From: the human T2T-CHM13v2.0 reference genome, Homo sapiens
Direction: 5' to 3' (one strand)
Length of the DNA stretch: 64,000 nt
Assembly (NCBI RefSeq): GCF_009914755.1
Contig: NC_060927.1
In this document: positions 27,301 to 42,130 of the stretch, one piece after another
Numbering within the stretch: position 1 is the first letter of the stretch
How the letters are laid out: the number at the start of each line of letters is the position of its first letter
Made by a program: the position numbers and the translations under genes
Notes under the pieces: generated by a model
Told to the model about the DNA's origin: nothing
Database searches by the model: none
What the model saw: only the letters and a program-made list of their open reading frames with translations

Positions 27301-28924
27301 CCCTTCAACAGGTCAGTTGGTGAGCCTTCTCCAACCAACCACTATTCAAACCTTCCACCTTGACTGTAGAGTTAATATTGTATTTCTTTGCTAATATCCT
27401 TTAGTGTGGTTTCTCCTCATTTACTTCTATGCTAAATCTTAAGAGGCCTATTTTATGTTTTCCAGCAGATTTGATGCTATTTCCTTTAGTATTTTGTCGT
27501 ATTTTCATGCCATATGTCATACTTTTTTTACTCTCCTACATGGAGTTCTGAGGCTAACACCTCAATCTTTTGTATTTTTTCTGTCTTGCTTATGAAATGC
27601 CTGATGGATAAGTGTGTCACATTCTCTTCATTAATAGAGGTATTACAGCAAGTGAGTGTTAATGTCCCACTGGAAATAAGCCTGCAGAAATGCTCATATT
27701 TTCAACAGGCTTTATTTGCTGAATTTCTCCCTAGTGCATTCTTTCAGAGTAAAGTAAGAAAAATGCATTTCTTATGCCTGACATTTGGGTCTTATTGTTT
27801 TTACTCACAGTTGTATACGCTGCTACCTAAGGCTGCTTTGTAACATTTCTTGTACTAGAAACCTGTTGGTCATAAAGTGCTCACTCTGGGCACCTCCATT
27901 TGGCCTCAAGTTGGGCCTGCTGGCTGAACAATAGAGATGGACAGGGACCAACCCTGGTGCATTTCTTCAGCTCTAATCAAGGTAGAATCCTCTATGGTGT
28001 TTTTCATTTTACCCCATCTGGGGCTTGTGGTAATGGGATTTTACTATCAAAAATTTCTTGGGGGTGTTGGCGGTATAAAAATAATGTCCAGAGAGGGAGA
28101 ATATTTCTTTTTCATGTGATCTTAGAGACAAAGGCTTAGTTATTGAAGTATGTCCAGATGAGCATACAGATACATTCAGCGACTGGAATGTAAACAGAGA
28201 TCAGGGAAGAGTGAGCCACCAGAGAGAGGGCATTGGATGAGGACAGAGGAATAGTATGAGCTTTAAGCAAAAATCTTGATGGAAGTTCAAGGGGGTGTTC
28301 TTTTAATGAATCCACTTTTCCTTCTTATTTTACCTACTTCCTATGTGTGTAAGCATTTCCAAGCACTCTATCCACAACAACACCTTTAGTGGAGAACTGA
28401 TCCGGCCAGAGCATTTGGCCCCAAGGGTTCTGAGGGATCCACTTGAATAAAATTTTCAATGTATGGATTGCAGCCATTAAATATACAATTACATTTAGAA
28501 GTCATTATGACACTAATACAAATGCAACAAAGTAAAATTTAATTTTTTGACTGAATTTCCTTAAACTGTGGATACAGTATTATATTCTTGGTACAGTATT
28601 ATTATAGCTAACAAAGAAATTAACTTCTGAAATCAGCATAAAGGCAGCATTTCAGTCAAAATTGCCTTTCAACATCCTTTAAATGTCTGTAAAATAAAGT
28701 ATATATAGCTTTGTATGTCTAGGACTGTACACTAATTCTTATGCATACCGAGTTTGAAACTCTCTGAGTTAGATTACATGAAAAAATAAAAGGAACTTCT
28801 ATATGGAAATATCTGAACCTTAAAACTACTCGGGTTTTACACTAAATCTAAAGTTCCTATAAGTGAATTAGAGATAGGGGAGACTTTAAACAGTTCCTAT
28901 TTGCCTGCAGATTTACTTCATTCT

Positions 28925-29012
28925 GCTTTAACATCACATATCTGTAATAGATCATATTTTAAAAGACTTGCCATAGGCGTGACGATTAAGTGAAATAATA
29001 TGTGTACAAGCA
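28925..29012 (+). mobile_element. MIR fragment
   Basis: 'cataggcgtgacgattaagtgaaataatatgtgtacaagc'. Confidence 0.5.
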
Positions 29013-29059
29013 ATTGAACTTCTTTTCCACTTTGGATATCTGGTGCCTCATCCAGCCCT

Positions 29060-29537
29060 GACTCCTCTTTAAGATTATATTTAGGATTACATTTCAGGCT
29101 TCCAGGACATATCTAGTTCTGGCCCCACATTTCAATTACTGATTAGGTATTTACTTGGTGGTTCCCTGACTGCCCCTCAAATCCCCACATTGGCCACCTC
29201 TTCCTGTCCTCTCCCACCTCCCCTTTTGAGCTTCTCCATGTTTAACCACCATGTCACTGAATGACAATGCTACCCTCTCAGACTCACACATGGTACATCT
29301 TCTAGAAAGGAAGGAGAGGGGGTTCCTCTGACCTCTTCCTCTCTCATCTCTTCAGGCACTTGATTAGTCACTAGACTGGATATTACCTGCTTAAACTGGT
29401 CTTCCTGCATGCAAGATCTTCTCACTTTAGCCCACTGTTCTGTTGCCAGAGCCCAGGTAATCCTTTACCCGGAAGCCTTTAATTGCTCTCACCATCTGCA
29501 GCATAGAGATGTCAGCATGGCATCCAAGGCCTCCTTT
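29060..29537 (+). mobile_element. L2 fragment (tail resumes about 30160-30230)
   Basis: L2-like 'aactggtcttcctgc', 'agcatggcatccaaggcc'; tail 'agcacagtgtcttaagcataattgatgctcaataaatg'. Confidence 0.55.
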
Positions 29538-29720
29538 GATATACTAGTATAATATATTAATGCTAGTATTAATATTTATAATCATATCACTAATATTAAC
29601 ATTAATACTAATAATTATACTAATACTAGTATATATTATATTGTATATATTGTATTATATTTATATTAATACTAATGATTATATTATATACTAGTATTAA
29701 CATATTAATCTCATTATATA
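29538..29720. repeat. AT-rich low-complexity tract with repeated palindrome ATACTAGTAT
   Basis: Copies at 29541, 29623 and 29688; variant at 29560. Confidence 0.85.
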
Positions 29721-30058
29721 CAATCATGCACTACCTAACAACGTTTTGGTCATCAACAGACTGCATATACTATGGTGGTCCCATAAGATTATAATACTGT
29801 ATTTTTACTGTACCTTTTCTATATTTAGATACACAAATACTTATCATTGTGTTACAACTGCCTACAGTATTCAGCACAGTAACATGCTGTACAGGTTTGT
29901 AGCCTCAGCGCAATTGGCTATACCATATAGCCTAGGTTTATAGTAGGTTATACCATCTAGGTTTGTATAAGTACACTTTATCATGTTTGCCTGACAATGG
30001 CATTGCCTACGAATGCATTTTTCAGAATAAATCCCTGTTGTCAAGCAACACATGACTG
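29721..30058 (+). mobile_element. Tigger3a (MER7A) TcMar-Tigger element, full length
   Basis: TIRs 'caatcatgc' / 'catgactg', TA flanks, core 'ggtggtcccataagattataatactg...catgctgtacaggtttgtagcc'. Confidence 0.92.
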
Positions 30059-30767
30059 TATATAAAACTATATTTAAAATATATGTATGTAATCTCACAA
30101 AAATTACGTGTTTGTTTATATATATGTGTAGGGGACAGAGAGAGAGAGGACTGACGTATGTTGTTTATGTTTTTATGTTTTGCAGTGCTCAGCACAGTGT
30201 CTTAAGCATAATTGATGCTCAATAAATGTTTTTAAAGTTATAGATCTCTGGAAATGCATCTTGTCAAAAGAATTAACTTGACACCTTAAACATGAGGAAG
30301 AAGGAAAAAATGTTTTTGGCAGAAAATTTAGAATTTGACTTATGGAAATGTGGTAGTTTAAAGTAAATCAGGAAGAAAATATAAATTTCAAAGCAGTCGA
30401 AACAATACCATGTTCAATGCGAGAGTCAAGAAATAAGGAAAAACCAGGAATGAAAATATTTGTGCCCGTCAGGGTCTGATTGTCTCAGTAACTCTCAACA
30501 TACACGTATTTTAGTTTAAGGAAATCCATCAATTTGTGCAATATAATTTAAGCACTGTAATCTCATCTATCATCACAGGCATAATGAATATTTGTCCAAA
30601 ATGAAAGAAAAAACATGATTACAGTATCATATATATCCAGTATGGGAAAGAATAGAAAATATAATCTAGATAAGCAAAAAAGTTTCAAAAAATTTTCTCA
30701 GAATTATACCACCCACATGTAGTCACTACTATGTTGGCATTTTGTTTCCAATCATATTTTCACACAC

Positions 30768-30772
<5 letters not shown>

Positions 30773-30808
<36 letters not shown>
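30773..30808. repeat. (AC)18 microsatellite
   Basis: Read directly from the sequence. Confidence 0.97.
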
Positions 30809-30810
<2 letters not shown>

Positions 30811-30899
30811 TTGGAGGAAGAAGTCTGATGCCAAAATTCTCCCGCTTATGTAATATCAAGGTTCAGAAAATGCAAGTGCTCAGGCTCTGCATTGATGTT

Positions 30900-31372
30900 A
30901 AAAAGTTTTTATGATGAAAATTTCAAAATATATGCAAGAGCAATCAGAATTGTTTTAGAAATCCCTTACCCATCTTCAACAGCTGTCATCTCATGGCCAA
31001 TCTTCTTTCATTTGTGTCCTCACCCATTCTTTCATCTTGTGTGTTATTTTAAAACAAATCTTAGTATGTGTTTCCAAGAAATAAGAATTATTTTCTTAAA
31101 AATATAACCACATTACCAAAAAAATTAATAATATTCCTTCTTGTCATCAAAATCCAGTCAGTGTTTAAATTTCCAAGTGTCTCATAAATCACAATTTTTA
31201 ATGTTTATTTAAAATTTTATTTGAATTTACTTAAATTATTTGAATCAGGTCCACACATGATGATTAATATGACATTAAGCCTCTTTTAATCTATGGGTTT
31301 CATAATTTTTACTTTTTTTCTTTATTATTCGTTGAAGAAACCACATAATCTGTTCTGTACTTTCCCACAGCA
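30900..31372 (-). mobile_element. L1MC4/5-type 3' relic
   Basis: 'gaaaatttcaaaatatatgcaag...tcatggccaatctt...ttgtcatcaaaatccagtcagtgtttaaatttcc'. Confidence 0.65.
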
Positions 31373-32439
31373 AATTCTTTATTAATTTTGATTTAGATAA
31401 AGCCTCAGGAATTACAGCTACCTCTGACTTAACATGAGAAGAAAACACGTTAGAAATTATGGACAGATATATAGTTAGCCAGGAATGTACAGTGTCTGAA
31501 GAATAGCGTTTTGTATTGAAATTTCTTTGGCGTTAAAATCATACATGTATGATTATAAAATTTTCAACACAAATACATGAGCTTTTTTGGAAATTGATTT
31601 CTAAGAGGGTCTGTCCTTTGGATGGGTAACGTGTACTAGTATATCAAATCTCTAGAAGTGCTTGCTAAGTAAATTATTCAATGCCATGGGCTTAAATAAT
31701 ATGAGGGTTTAAATGTCTTATTTTTTGTGGCAAGCTTGTAGAAAAACCAAATAAAACAGTAAAAAACATGCAAAATAAAATAAATAAGTTGCTATTTGAA
31801 AAGTATAATTGCTCTGAAACTCTCAAAGGCGTTACACATTGTGCTCTTGTTCATTTGTTTTTTTCAAGAAACAGGGATGTGCTCATGCTGATTCAAGTCA
31901 TCTGGGTTTGTTGTTAAGATACATGGGAAAGAGCAGAGGAATAGAGGGCTCTCTGTACAGTCCTGGAAGACCTGTAACAGCCATGTGGTCAGGACTCGTT
32001 GGGGGAACAGCGGTTGTCCTGCAATTAACCAACAGTACTCCTGCTGACCCAGTATCCACTCTAGAAGCTGTACCCTTTGGAGCCAGCATCCTGACTCTGG
32101 AGGGGCTCCACATGAGAGTGACCCACTGAGCATCGTCTCTGCTTCTATTGTTTTTGCCTTGACCGGTGGACTTCTCTTCACTCTCGTTTTGTCATGGTTT
32201 TGATGCCCTGTGTCTTCTACCACCTTATGACTTCTACAGGATCATAGCTCTTTCTTACTGCTGTTATTCTGAGTATCTCTCCGCTTCTGATGATGCTACC
32301 TACTCCTGTCTCCCTGTGCACTTTGCACTCAAACACCCCCTTCAGAGACTCTGTTTCAGTTATTTCCCATTGTTTTTCTTCTTGCAGAGCATGGGGATCA
32401 GGTATGCTTTTTTCAGTGTCTACTTTCTGAGTAAATCTA

Positions 32440-33300
32440 TTTGTATACTCCCTAGCTTAACTAGTGGTGTCAATTATCCAAACCACAAACCTGTGAGTCA
32501 TCCTTTTTCTCATCTCAACTAACCTGATGGCCACTGACTCTTATTGATTCTACATCATGAAGAGTTCCTAAATCCACCTTCCTGATGTCCTTGGCTACTC
32601 CCTCATTATCTTCCACTAGAATTATTGTATAACACTCCCCAACAAGCTTTTCTGTCTCCAATTTCTTCTTTTACTCTAACCTTGACACTGCAACCAGAGT
32701 GATATTCTAAAACTATAATTTTTTATGTTATTTGGCTTGCTTTTAAACTTAAAAACATACACATATACACACAACAACAACAGCTCCTATTTGCCTGTGG
32801 GATAAAATATAAACTCCTTAAAATGCCTGACAAGGTCCTTCACGAGTCGTCTACATGCGCCTCTCGGGCCTCATTCCCTACCAGCCTCTTCCCCTGAGTG
32901 CTGTTCTCCAGCCACTAAGAATTATCATCAGTTCCACAAACAAATTACTGCCTTTCATTCATCTCTGCCCTTTCTTGTGCTGTTCTTCCTCCTTGCAATA
33001 TCGACACCTTCTGCCACCCTTCTCCACCTATTAAAATTCTACTGCCCTTCAAGGCAAAAGTAAAGGTCATCTCATCAGTGATTCCTCAGGATGATGGAGC
33101 TGTTCACCTGCAGTGTTTCCACAATATTTTATATGCCCATATCAGCCCACGAATGACACTGTTCTGTTGTTATTTACTCCTATGACTGTTTCCATTGCCG
33201 CTGTGAAACCTCTTTTAGGATGTGGTCTTTGGCTTGTCATGGTGTCTCCTGATGAGTGCAGGGCCTGGCACTCAGTAGGCATTCACTAACATGCATGTTT
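32440..33300 (+). mobile_element. L2 3' portion
   Basis: 'actgcaaccagagtgatattctaaaac', 'gggataaaatataaactcctt', tail 'cctggcactcagtaggcattc'. Confidence 0.8.
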
Positions 33301-34117
33301 GCTGTGTAATAATAACTGTGAAATTATGCTTTGTTGTTGCTGAGTGTTTAAAACTCATGTTTCTGTTACGGATGCAAGACTGTTGAGATGTCATTTCTGA
33401 AAAATTACCTTGCTGAAATATGCATAAAATGAGATTGCTGCTAGTGGCAATTCTAGCCGAAGAGGAAATCCATCGGTACTAAATTTCGCTAAACATCTGA
33501 CCGGCAGGTACCACTAGAACTGCTGCATGGGAACAAGGGTTTCATTTTATTTTTTACGAGTGAAAAGTTACTGCTTTCTGATTAAGAAGAAGAAGGGAAA
33601 ATAAGCCACAGGAATTTTATCATCTGAGAAGCATTACTCTGTTCTCTGCCCTTTTTTTTCCTTTTTCTCCCTTGTGGAACAGATAGATGAGATGCTCTAG
33701 GGGAACTTGAACCTGTGGGAAATGATTCAGTGGCAGGTCTTGAACAAGGAAAATCACAAAAATTATTCTTTGACCGTAACACTCATGACCAATAATTACA
33801 AGATCTTTCGAAAATTTTGGTGATAAATTGTTGTGAAGTTTAATTCCAGAATCTTTCCTCTTTGCCTTTGTGTCATATGCCTCTCAAGTGATTGTTTCAT
33901 TATTATTAGCTGAAGGGGAGCTGTTTTAAAATCTTGCAATTTAAGAAAAGGTTTAAACTTTAAGTAGAGTTTCTTTGTTTCCATGAAAAATGACACTTTG
34001 GAGTCCTCAAGTAGTTGATGTCAACCCTCATGTGACTTTGCTTATTTAGCTGCTACAATCTCAAAAACAAGCAATAAACAGAAACTACAACAATAATTCA
34101 CTTTATTTTCATTAGAG

Positions 34118-34345
34118 ACAGCTTCTTGTAGTAGTTGTGGAGCCATAGTGCTAGACTTGAATTTTAGATCTGCAATTCAACTATCTGTATGACCTTGGAC
34201 AAGCCATGTGACCTCTCCATGCCTCAGTTTCTCATCTGTAAAATAGGAATTATAAAGATAGATATTTCATAGGGAGTTGTGGATTAAATGAATTGTTATT
34301 TACTAATTGCTAAGAACAGTGTCCGGAACATAGTAAGTGCTGTGT
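34118..34345 (+). mobile_element. MIR SINE
   Basis: 'tgaccttggacaagcc...cctcagtttctcatctgtaaaatagg...aacagtgtccggaacatagtaagtgct'. Confidence 0.9.
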
Positions 34346-34459
34346 TCATAAAATATATAAATATTCCTATAGGAGTAGACAGTGTATGTAAATGTCATCT
34401 GTTACGTGAACTTTTGTAGAAAAAAAAAGTTTGAGAAGTGTAGCCTTATTAGTTTTTAA

Positions 34460-34622
34460 CTTTTTGAAGCACTATCATATATGTTTTCTTGTTTGATCTT
34501 ATCACAATACTCTGAGGAAAGAGAATGAGAGTTAAAAGTGTTAAAATCAGAATGACTTGTGCAAGGTACTACAGATAATTATAGCACTGAGAGAAGTTAC
34601 ACTAGATCTCTTGGCTCTCCAA
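34460..34622 (-). mobile_element. MIR SINE (reverse)
   Basis: 'tttgatcttatcacaatactctgagg...tgacttgtgcaaggt'. Confidence 0.55.
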
Positions 34623-36379
34623 GGGCATATGCATTTTTAAAAAGTTATACTATATGATTAGAAATCAACCCATGGTAAGTTTAAAAATATTTTATTGTTA
34701 AAATGACAAACTTAGCCTGCTTATTTTTAAAATGCATACAAAGGTAGGTAAAGAAACATTTTTGTCCAACTTTATTGTGCAAAGTGCAAAGTCTGAGTCT
34801 GATTATTGATTAATTTTGGTCTAGTCTATAAGAATATTAATATTTAACATAGTGAAATAACCTTGTGCTATGACTAGAGCTGTTCAGCAATTGTTAGATT
34901 CTTTCAATAAATATCAAGAGCTTTTGGTTATTCACACTCTTTGTACCAGGGGTATGTTACAATGAAAGGAAGATCTATGCCAAATTCTACGAAGTGAACC
35001 ATTACTTATTAACAAAGAGATACTATGGAACCTATTAGGTCTGAGGGAAATGCTCCACACTGTGTCTTCAAACACTTGTTCAATGGGATACTAGGTTTTA
35101 TTTCCAGACTCTTCCATGGACAAAAGTATAGATTACATTTGGAATCTATTAGCTTTTGGAAACATGGCTGTCATTATTTATTTAAAATCTTCATGCAGGA
35201 GGAAAGAAAGAAGGAAGCATATATCAGAAGTAAGACACCTTAATTCTTAGGACTTCAGTTTCAAAGTGGTTCAAATAAATATTTTGAAAATGGGAATATT
35301 AACAATAAATTAGACCAAATATGATTTTTAAAAAAATTCAAATGTATATTCAAAACCCAGGGAAACATCATAAAGTAAATATAGATGTCAAAATAACTGT
35401 AGATATACTTTGAAAACAATTGGAGTTGTTATTATTTGGAAGAACAAAGAGTAATATGACTTTGAAGGGCTCATGAAGTGTGTTACATAGAGTAAAAGTT
35501 AAGGACTTTAAAAAATTTAATTGAGATTTTAAATTTTAGAACATATATTGCAAGTTTATTTTGATTATAGGGGGACTAATCTTATCATCATATTCTTTCC
35601 TCTTTGTATATGAAAACATACATATTTACACTGTTACATTATTTAGCCTTACCTCTGCCTTTTAATGTACTATCATTGTTCACTCTAAGAGACACTGGAG
35701 AAGATGTACATGATGAGAAGTGAGTAAGAAGGATCTTTTTGGTAGGCAGCAGCAAACTACAACTGCAAGTGAGGGCAAGATGGAATGAATCCTGTAGCCA
35801 CTGTTAGCCCAATAGTTTTTCCAATTTACACCAGCGTCCTGAAGTTATTTGTCCTGTGCCTCCATGCAGTTCTTCCAGGCTTACATGTTGTGGTGTATAC
35901 TGTTGTACACTACACATATGCTCATTTTAAAAATGTGCTGAATCCCATTTGCAGTAATTATGCCAATTATTCTGTAACTTCAGGAGAGTGGTGAAACCTC
36001 TGGCCCTGAAATTGCATTATTTTTATAGCCGAATTCTTTTTATCAATTGTAGGAGTCTGCAGTTTCCACCTAAATCAATCTCCTCCTCACTCCTGAGAAA
36101 TGTAGTCTGGGGATCTGACGAAGTCTTGCATTCTTCTCTATTCTTCAGCTCATACCATTCCTTTAAAATATTTATTATTTTAATTACCTTTTTTTATATT
36201 TTATGTGGCTTTGTCTGACTCCAGGTCATGCCTTATGGAATCTTGCTAATGATATTTCCCTTGAATCAGAAAACAACTTCTAATTGATATATTTACATTT
36301 ACTTATTTGTATATTCATCATAATAAATGATTCAATAATATCATCTTGATTTAATACAAAACGAAATAGAAATACATTT

Positions 36380-37290
36380 TTTCTCTTCTTCCTTCTTAGG
36401 TTATTTTATGTTAGCTTTTTCTTTTCCATGCATAATTGTGGATTTATGGCTTTTCAGATTTGATGTATGGCAGTCAACGTCAGCCAATTTTGTCTTTTTG
36501 ATGCTCAGTGATCACAACTTTGGCCAATGGAAGCCCCATTTAGATTGACTTTCTTGTAATTTTGACATGATCTCGTAAACTTTGAAAGCTTTCTAGTTTT
36601 TTGGCACAATAAGATCATCTTCATTCGTTTTATACCTTCTTGCCTCAAATACAGCATCAGTCATGTGTCTAAGAAGCCTGGAAAAAATTTATTGGAGGCC
36701 AGAACCTGGTATAAGGGTGCTTTGTGAGGGTGGCATTATTTCTGGGATATTCAGTCTACAAAGCTAAAAAACAAGTTTTTTCTTTGTTTTATTTTGTTAA
36801 GATTCTCTGTAAAGACATGAGATAATCTTGCTTCATAGGCATATTTCTTATGGGAAATTTCTAATCTCAATCTATCAGTTCAAATTTTAATTCTTGATTT
36901 TAAAATACTACCTTCTTTATTTTCTCCTATATGATATATAGTATATGATATATCTTATGGGGCTCTAGGTTCCCAACAAAGTCAATATAAATAGTTATTT
37001 ACTTCACTAAATGTGTAATAATAATTATTAATATTTGCTAGTAACACCATAGTGCCAAGATAAAAATACGACATTAATAAAAACAATAAAACTACTAGAA
37101 TGAAGTCCAAACATTTCTAAGTATTTCCTTTTGTTTATAAACTGCATTACTGTAAGGACTTGCAACCAGATTACTTTGTTCTAGAAGGTATATAGTCTTT
37201 GTGTGGCTACATAATTACTTAGTGATGGATAGTTTGGTTTAGTTATTTTCATTAGCTTTCAATTTGAGGGCTTTGGCATTCTTACAGCTA
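36380..37290 (-). mobile_element. Old L1M relic
   Basis: 'tttgatgctcagtg...tttggccaatggaagcccc...ggcacaataagat...aagaagcctgg' is L1MC/ME-like in reverse. Confidence 0.55.
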
Positions 37291-38854
37291 ATTATATAAA
37301 TTCTAAGAGTAGAAGCTGTTAGCTACTAGTCTTTTCTTGGTGGCTATCGTCAACTACTAGGAGAGAGAAGAAATTGCTCTGCCATATGATAAAATAAAAT
37401 GCAAATAGTTTGGTCTTCAAAATTTTGTACATTATAGTAATACCAGTATCTTTAATAAAAACATAATCATGACTGCATATACATTATATCTTAATATATA
37501 AGTATTACTGACTTTTTAGTAATATCAGTATCTGTGTATTTTATACATTCAATTAAATAGATTTTAAACTCTGCCAAATAATATCTGTATCTTCCAAGCT
37601 TTTAAATTTATTTTCTTTCCTTTTCTGAGCTAAATTAAAAGAAAATTTTCTAATGTATATCCCCTCAAGAGCTCAACAACTCATGACTTAAATTGATATA
37701 CCAAGTTTACAGTATAGAAATCCAGATCTCACAATTAAGATCATATTAATTCAGTACAAGTCAATCTTTAATTTTGCACCTGGGATCTCAAGGCAATACC
37801 TCATATATTACAATTCATGTAATTATCAAAGAACAAAAGATGGATATATAGGTACTTAGATTTGCCTAGAATTATGGGTCAAAAACAAACCTACTGCATA
37901 TATATAATTGATATCTTTAGTTTAATGAAAGGTCTAATGTACAATGCCATTTTTTCAGAAGCTTTTTGATAAACACAAGTAGATACCTTATTACCTTAGG
38001 ACTAATGAATTCACATTCTAAAATCTAAGAATATTATAAAACATATCAAAGGCATATCAAAATAGAATGCAATTGGTTTAAAAATAACTAGAAAATGTGG
38101 AAGATTTTATACTCGAGAAATTCAGGTGGAAACATTTCTATGGATTAATGTAATTTTTAGAATATCTGGGACCTGTTAGAATGATATTTGTAAAGGACAC
38201 CCACGTTTACAATTATAACACATTTCAATTGCAATTAATTTCAAAGGAAAGGAAATATCATCTTTTACATGATATTGACACAAAGCATTAATTGGCTCTT
38301 TAGTTTTGGTACAGAACTTCAAATTCTTGTCTGGAAACAAATATGCTGTGCCTGAGATTTCCAATTTCATATCCTGTACTAATTACATTTGTAACTATAG
38401 AGTATAATGTAAAATTATATTCTTTAAAATTAATGTAAACCAATAGAAATTTTATTCTTACTATACAATATTTTTAAATCATTGTTTGAAATTTAATGTC
38501 AAAATATAATACTCAAATTGTTAACATAATTCTTGCATAAATATGTAGTGAGTCAAAGATTTATTTAACTCATCAGTGAGGGAGCCACCAGGATGACAAA
38601 GCTGGGGTCAAAGGAAGTTTCAGAAAAGAATGCTGAAATAAGAGCACGAAATTAGGTGAAAAACAGGAAAACAAAGTCTTAACCTTTAGGTTTATATTTT
38701 CTGCAGAGCAGAAATTATTTACATCCCTACCAAACAAAAATCATTTGCAACTTATCAATTGTCTACAAGTTAATAACTAGCTTTACAAAGTCTGGACTTC
38801 AATCAATAGTAAATAGTCAACAAAGGTACATTCCTCAAATCAGCTGACTTTTTA

Positions 38855-39201
<347 letters not shown>

Positions 39202-39264
39202 TGACAACGAAAGAACACACAGCCATCCTTTTTCTTTATTTCTATTTCTATGTATTGGATAATT

Positions 39265-39566
<302 letters not shown>

Positions 39567-41964
39567 TGATAAATTTTTTTCTAACAAAGGCGTTTAACTA
39601 AAACAAGACACAAACCCCCTCCTAATTGCAATGAATGTTTTGGAAATAAAATAAGATAAAATTGAATATTTTATTAAAGAAGAAAGAGGTAATTAGGTTG
39701 CCTCCTTTCCCAGTTTTCTAGAACTGAAGTTTTTGCTGTTTGTAGATGTTAAACTGACACTATTTCTTCCTCCCTCCTCCTTTTTACTCAATTTCAGAGC
39801 CTGACTTCAGGCTCTAATCTATAATCCATCCCTTAACTGTAGCTGGGCTTTATCAGACCAAAGATAGTAACTGTTTTTTTAAATTTATTTATTTATTTTT
39901 TTGAGCTTAAGACTCTGCTAGGAAACAAATGAGAATTATTTTATATATGTTTTAGTTTCATACACAGACTTTCAGTGTCTTTGTGGTTAAAAAAATCAAC
40001 TGTTAAACAAAATATTCTATAAGATTCAACACATTTAATACTTTTTAACTATATACATTTTTAAAATAGAAATTTTGTAAGGTAATGAATTTGGAGTGCC
40101 ACTTTCCAGACAATTCATAAAAGTCTTAAGAAATTCTCAACATCATCTGTAATTCAACAGGTTTATAATATGTTTATAATTGTTCAAGTAGGTTCTTTAT
40201 TTTATTTTTTAGGATAATACAGTCTTTCTTCAATATAAAAGAGATGTTACCTTACAACTGAAAGCAGTGCCGCTCACAACTATACCTGTTTGGATTTATT
40301 TAAGCATTTGCTCACTGTTTTCTACTATACTAATCATTTTTTCTATTCCACTGTCCTTTGTAATTTAGGCTTACTTGAGGAGAGAGTTTATTTTGATTTA
40401 CTTCCAATTATTTAAAAGTGAAGGAATGGACAGCAGATCATTTTAATTTCTGAAAAACAGACTTTTCCTGGGGATCAGTCTTTGTTCCATTTACTATAAG
40501 TGAGGTTGCCAGTCTTGGCTATTATTTCTAAGGGAGTGACCCCCTTAGGGTTTAGAAACTTCAATAATTATGTTTTGAATATTTGAATATTTAATCTTAT
40601 ATTGAAGTGATTTCACAGAACCTTTCTTGGCATCCCTGAGGAGGGAAATCTGGAAGCTTGTAGGGACTCACCGCAAGTGTGGTTATAAGTCTAGAAACAA
40701 AGCACAAAGGTTACTGAGGTAGCTGGGCAGTGATTTATTAATGCCAGGTTTCACAGGAGTCCATGTTCCCTAACATAGTCTGGTGAAGGGACCTGAGTCT
40801 CCTCCAAGATACGAGGATTAGGACTTTTGCCCCTGGGGGCTTTTTAGATACCTTTGCAAGTTTGTCTCTAAATTCTCTCTTTTTCTTTGTCTATCTATTT
40901 CTGTCTCTGTTTCTCTGTCTCACTCTATACTTAGTGAGGCTTGCAGCCTCTCCCTGTCATTTGAGTGGGAGTCAATTACGAGTTAGCTTTCTTTTGTATA
41001 CATTTTCCCATAGATACCAGGTTCCATTTGGCCATAATGGAATTTTTCTATTAAGAAAAAAAACTTCTCTTAGCTGATTCAGGTTGTGATGTTTCTAAAA
41101 GCCATCAAGAGAATACCTTGGCTCATCCCTGGTACACCAAATTAATGCCGAATGGGGTCCATTTGATTGAAAGTAACTGCACACGGCAAGAACACTCTAT
41201 CTTCTTGATTGTTGGACATGGGAACATCTGTAAAAGGTGAATCTTGAGTAAGGATAAAAATAGGCTGCTTAGAAAAAAATTATTTATGAAACTTCACAGA
41301 AATTATGACAAGTGGTGGAGACAGATAACAGAGAAGAAGCAAGTCAGAAGAACAAGCAAACACAGAGGTTGGCCTTGGTATGATTCTACCTAAAATGATG
41401 AAAGCATGTGAACTGAAAACTGTTCAGGGGAGACTTTCTGGAAGGTAAGACATTATGCGTTTTTCCACCTGTAGATGGTCTATGTCTTGTAGCCTACCTC
41501 TTGTTTTTCAGGACCAGCTCTGTTTCAGGTTATGCCAAGACTACACCAATGTGTGGTGGGCAAAGATGAAGCATGGCATTTGTCACTTTGGGGGAGGAAG
41601 TGATGGGACTGACCACCACCAGCCAGAGTCCAGTGACTATGACAAAATTGTTTTTAACACACAACCTTGAAATTAATGGAAATGTTCATTTCACAAATTT
41701 AGGAGACCACAGTGAAAAAGTCAAATACGCATTTGAAAGGAGACTTAAATAAACATTTGAAAAACAAGGGCATCACAGCAAACATTTGAAATATAAGGAC
41801 GTCAAATATTCCTTTAGAAGAACAAAGGAGAGTATGACATTGAAGGAGTCATTTCATGAAGTTTATTCAAGGCAGTAAACACCTGACGGTTATTTTTGTT
41901 GTTGGAATGTTTAACTGTTAGAATACAGGACATAATTAAGTTCTGTGGGTTAAGGAGAGCTTCT

Positions 41965-42130
41965 TTCATTATCAGCAAATTGAGTGACCTCTCTAAGACT
42001 CGATTTTTTCACGTGTAATATATAGTTCTGAGTTTCTAATAGAATCGAGAGAGACTGCATTAGCTTCTATGTGTATGAAGCTTACTTAGCACAGTGCCTG
42101 ACACACAATAAAGATCAGTAAATGACTATT
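41965..42130 (+). mobile_element. MIR fragment
   Basis: 'gacctctctaagactcgatttt' and 'cttagcacagtgcctgacacac'. Confidence 0.55.

Noticed and set aside
31839-32522. Cluster of overlapping 70-120-aa ORFs on both strands
   Set aside because: No recognisable domain or convincing donor site; locally higher GC explains the open frames, and the right part runs into L2.
41381-41452. Plus-strand donor aag|gtaaga after a short ORF (MILPKMMKACELKTVQGRLSG)
   Set aside because: No acceptor, promoter evidence or recognisable peptide.
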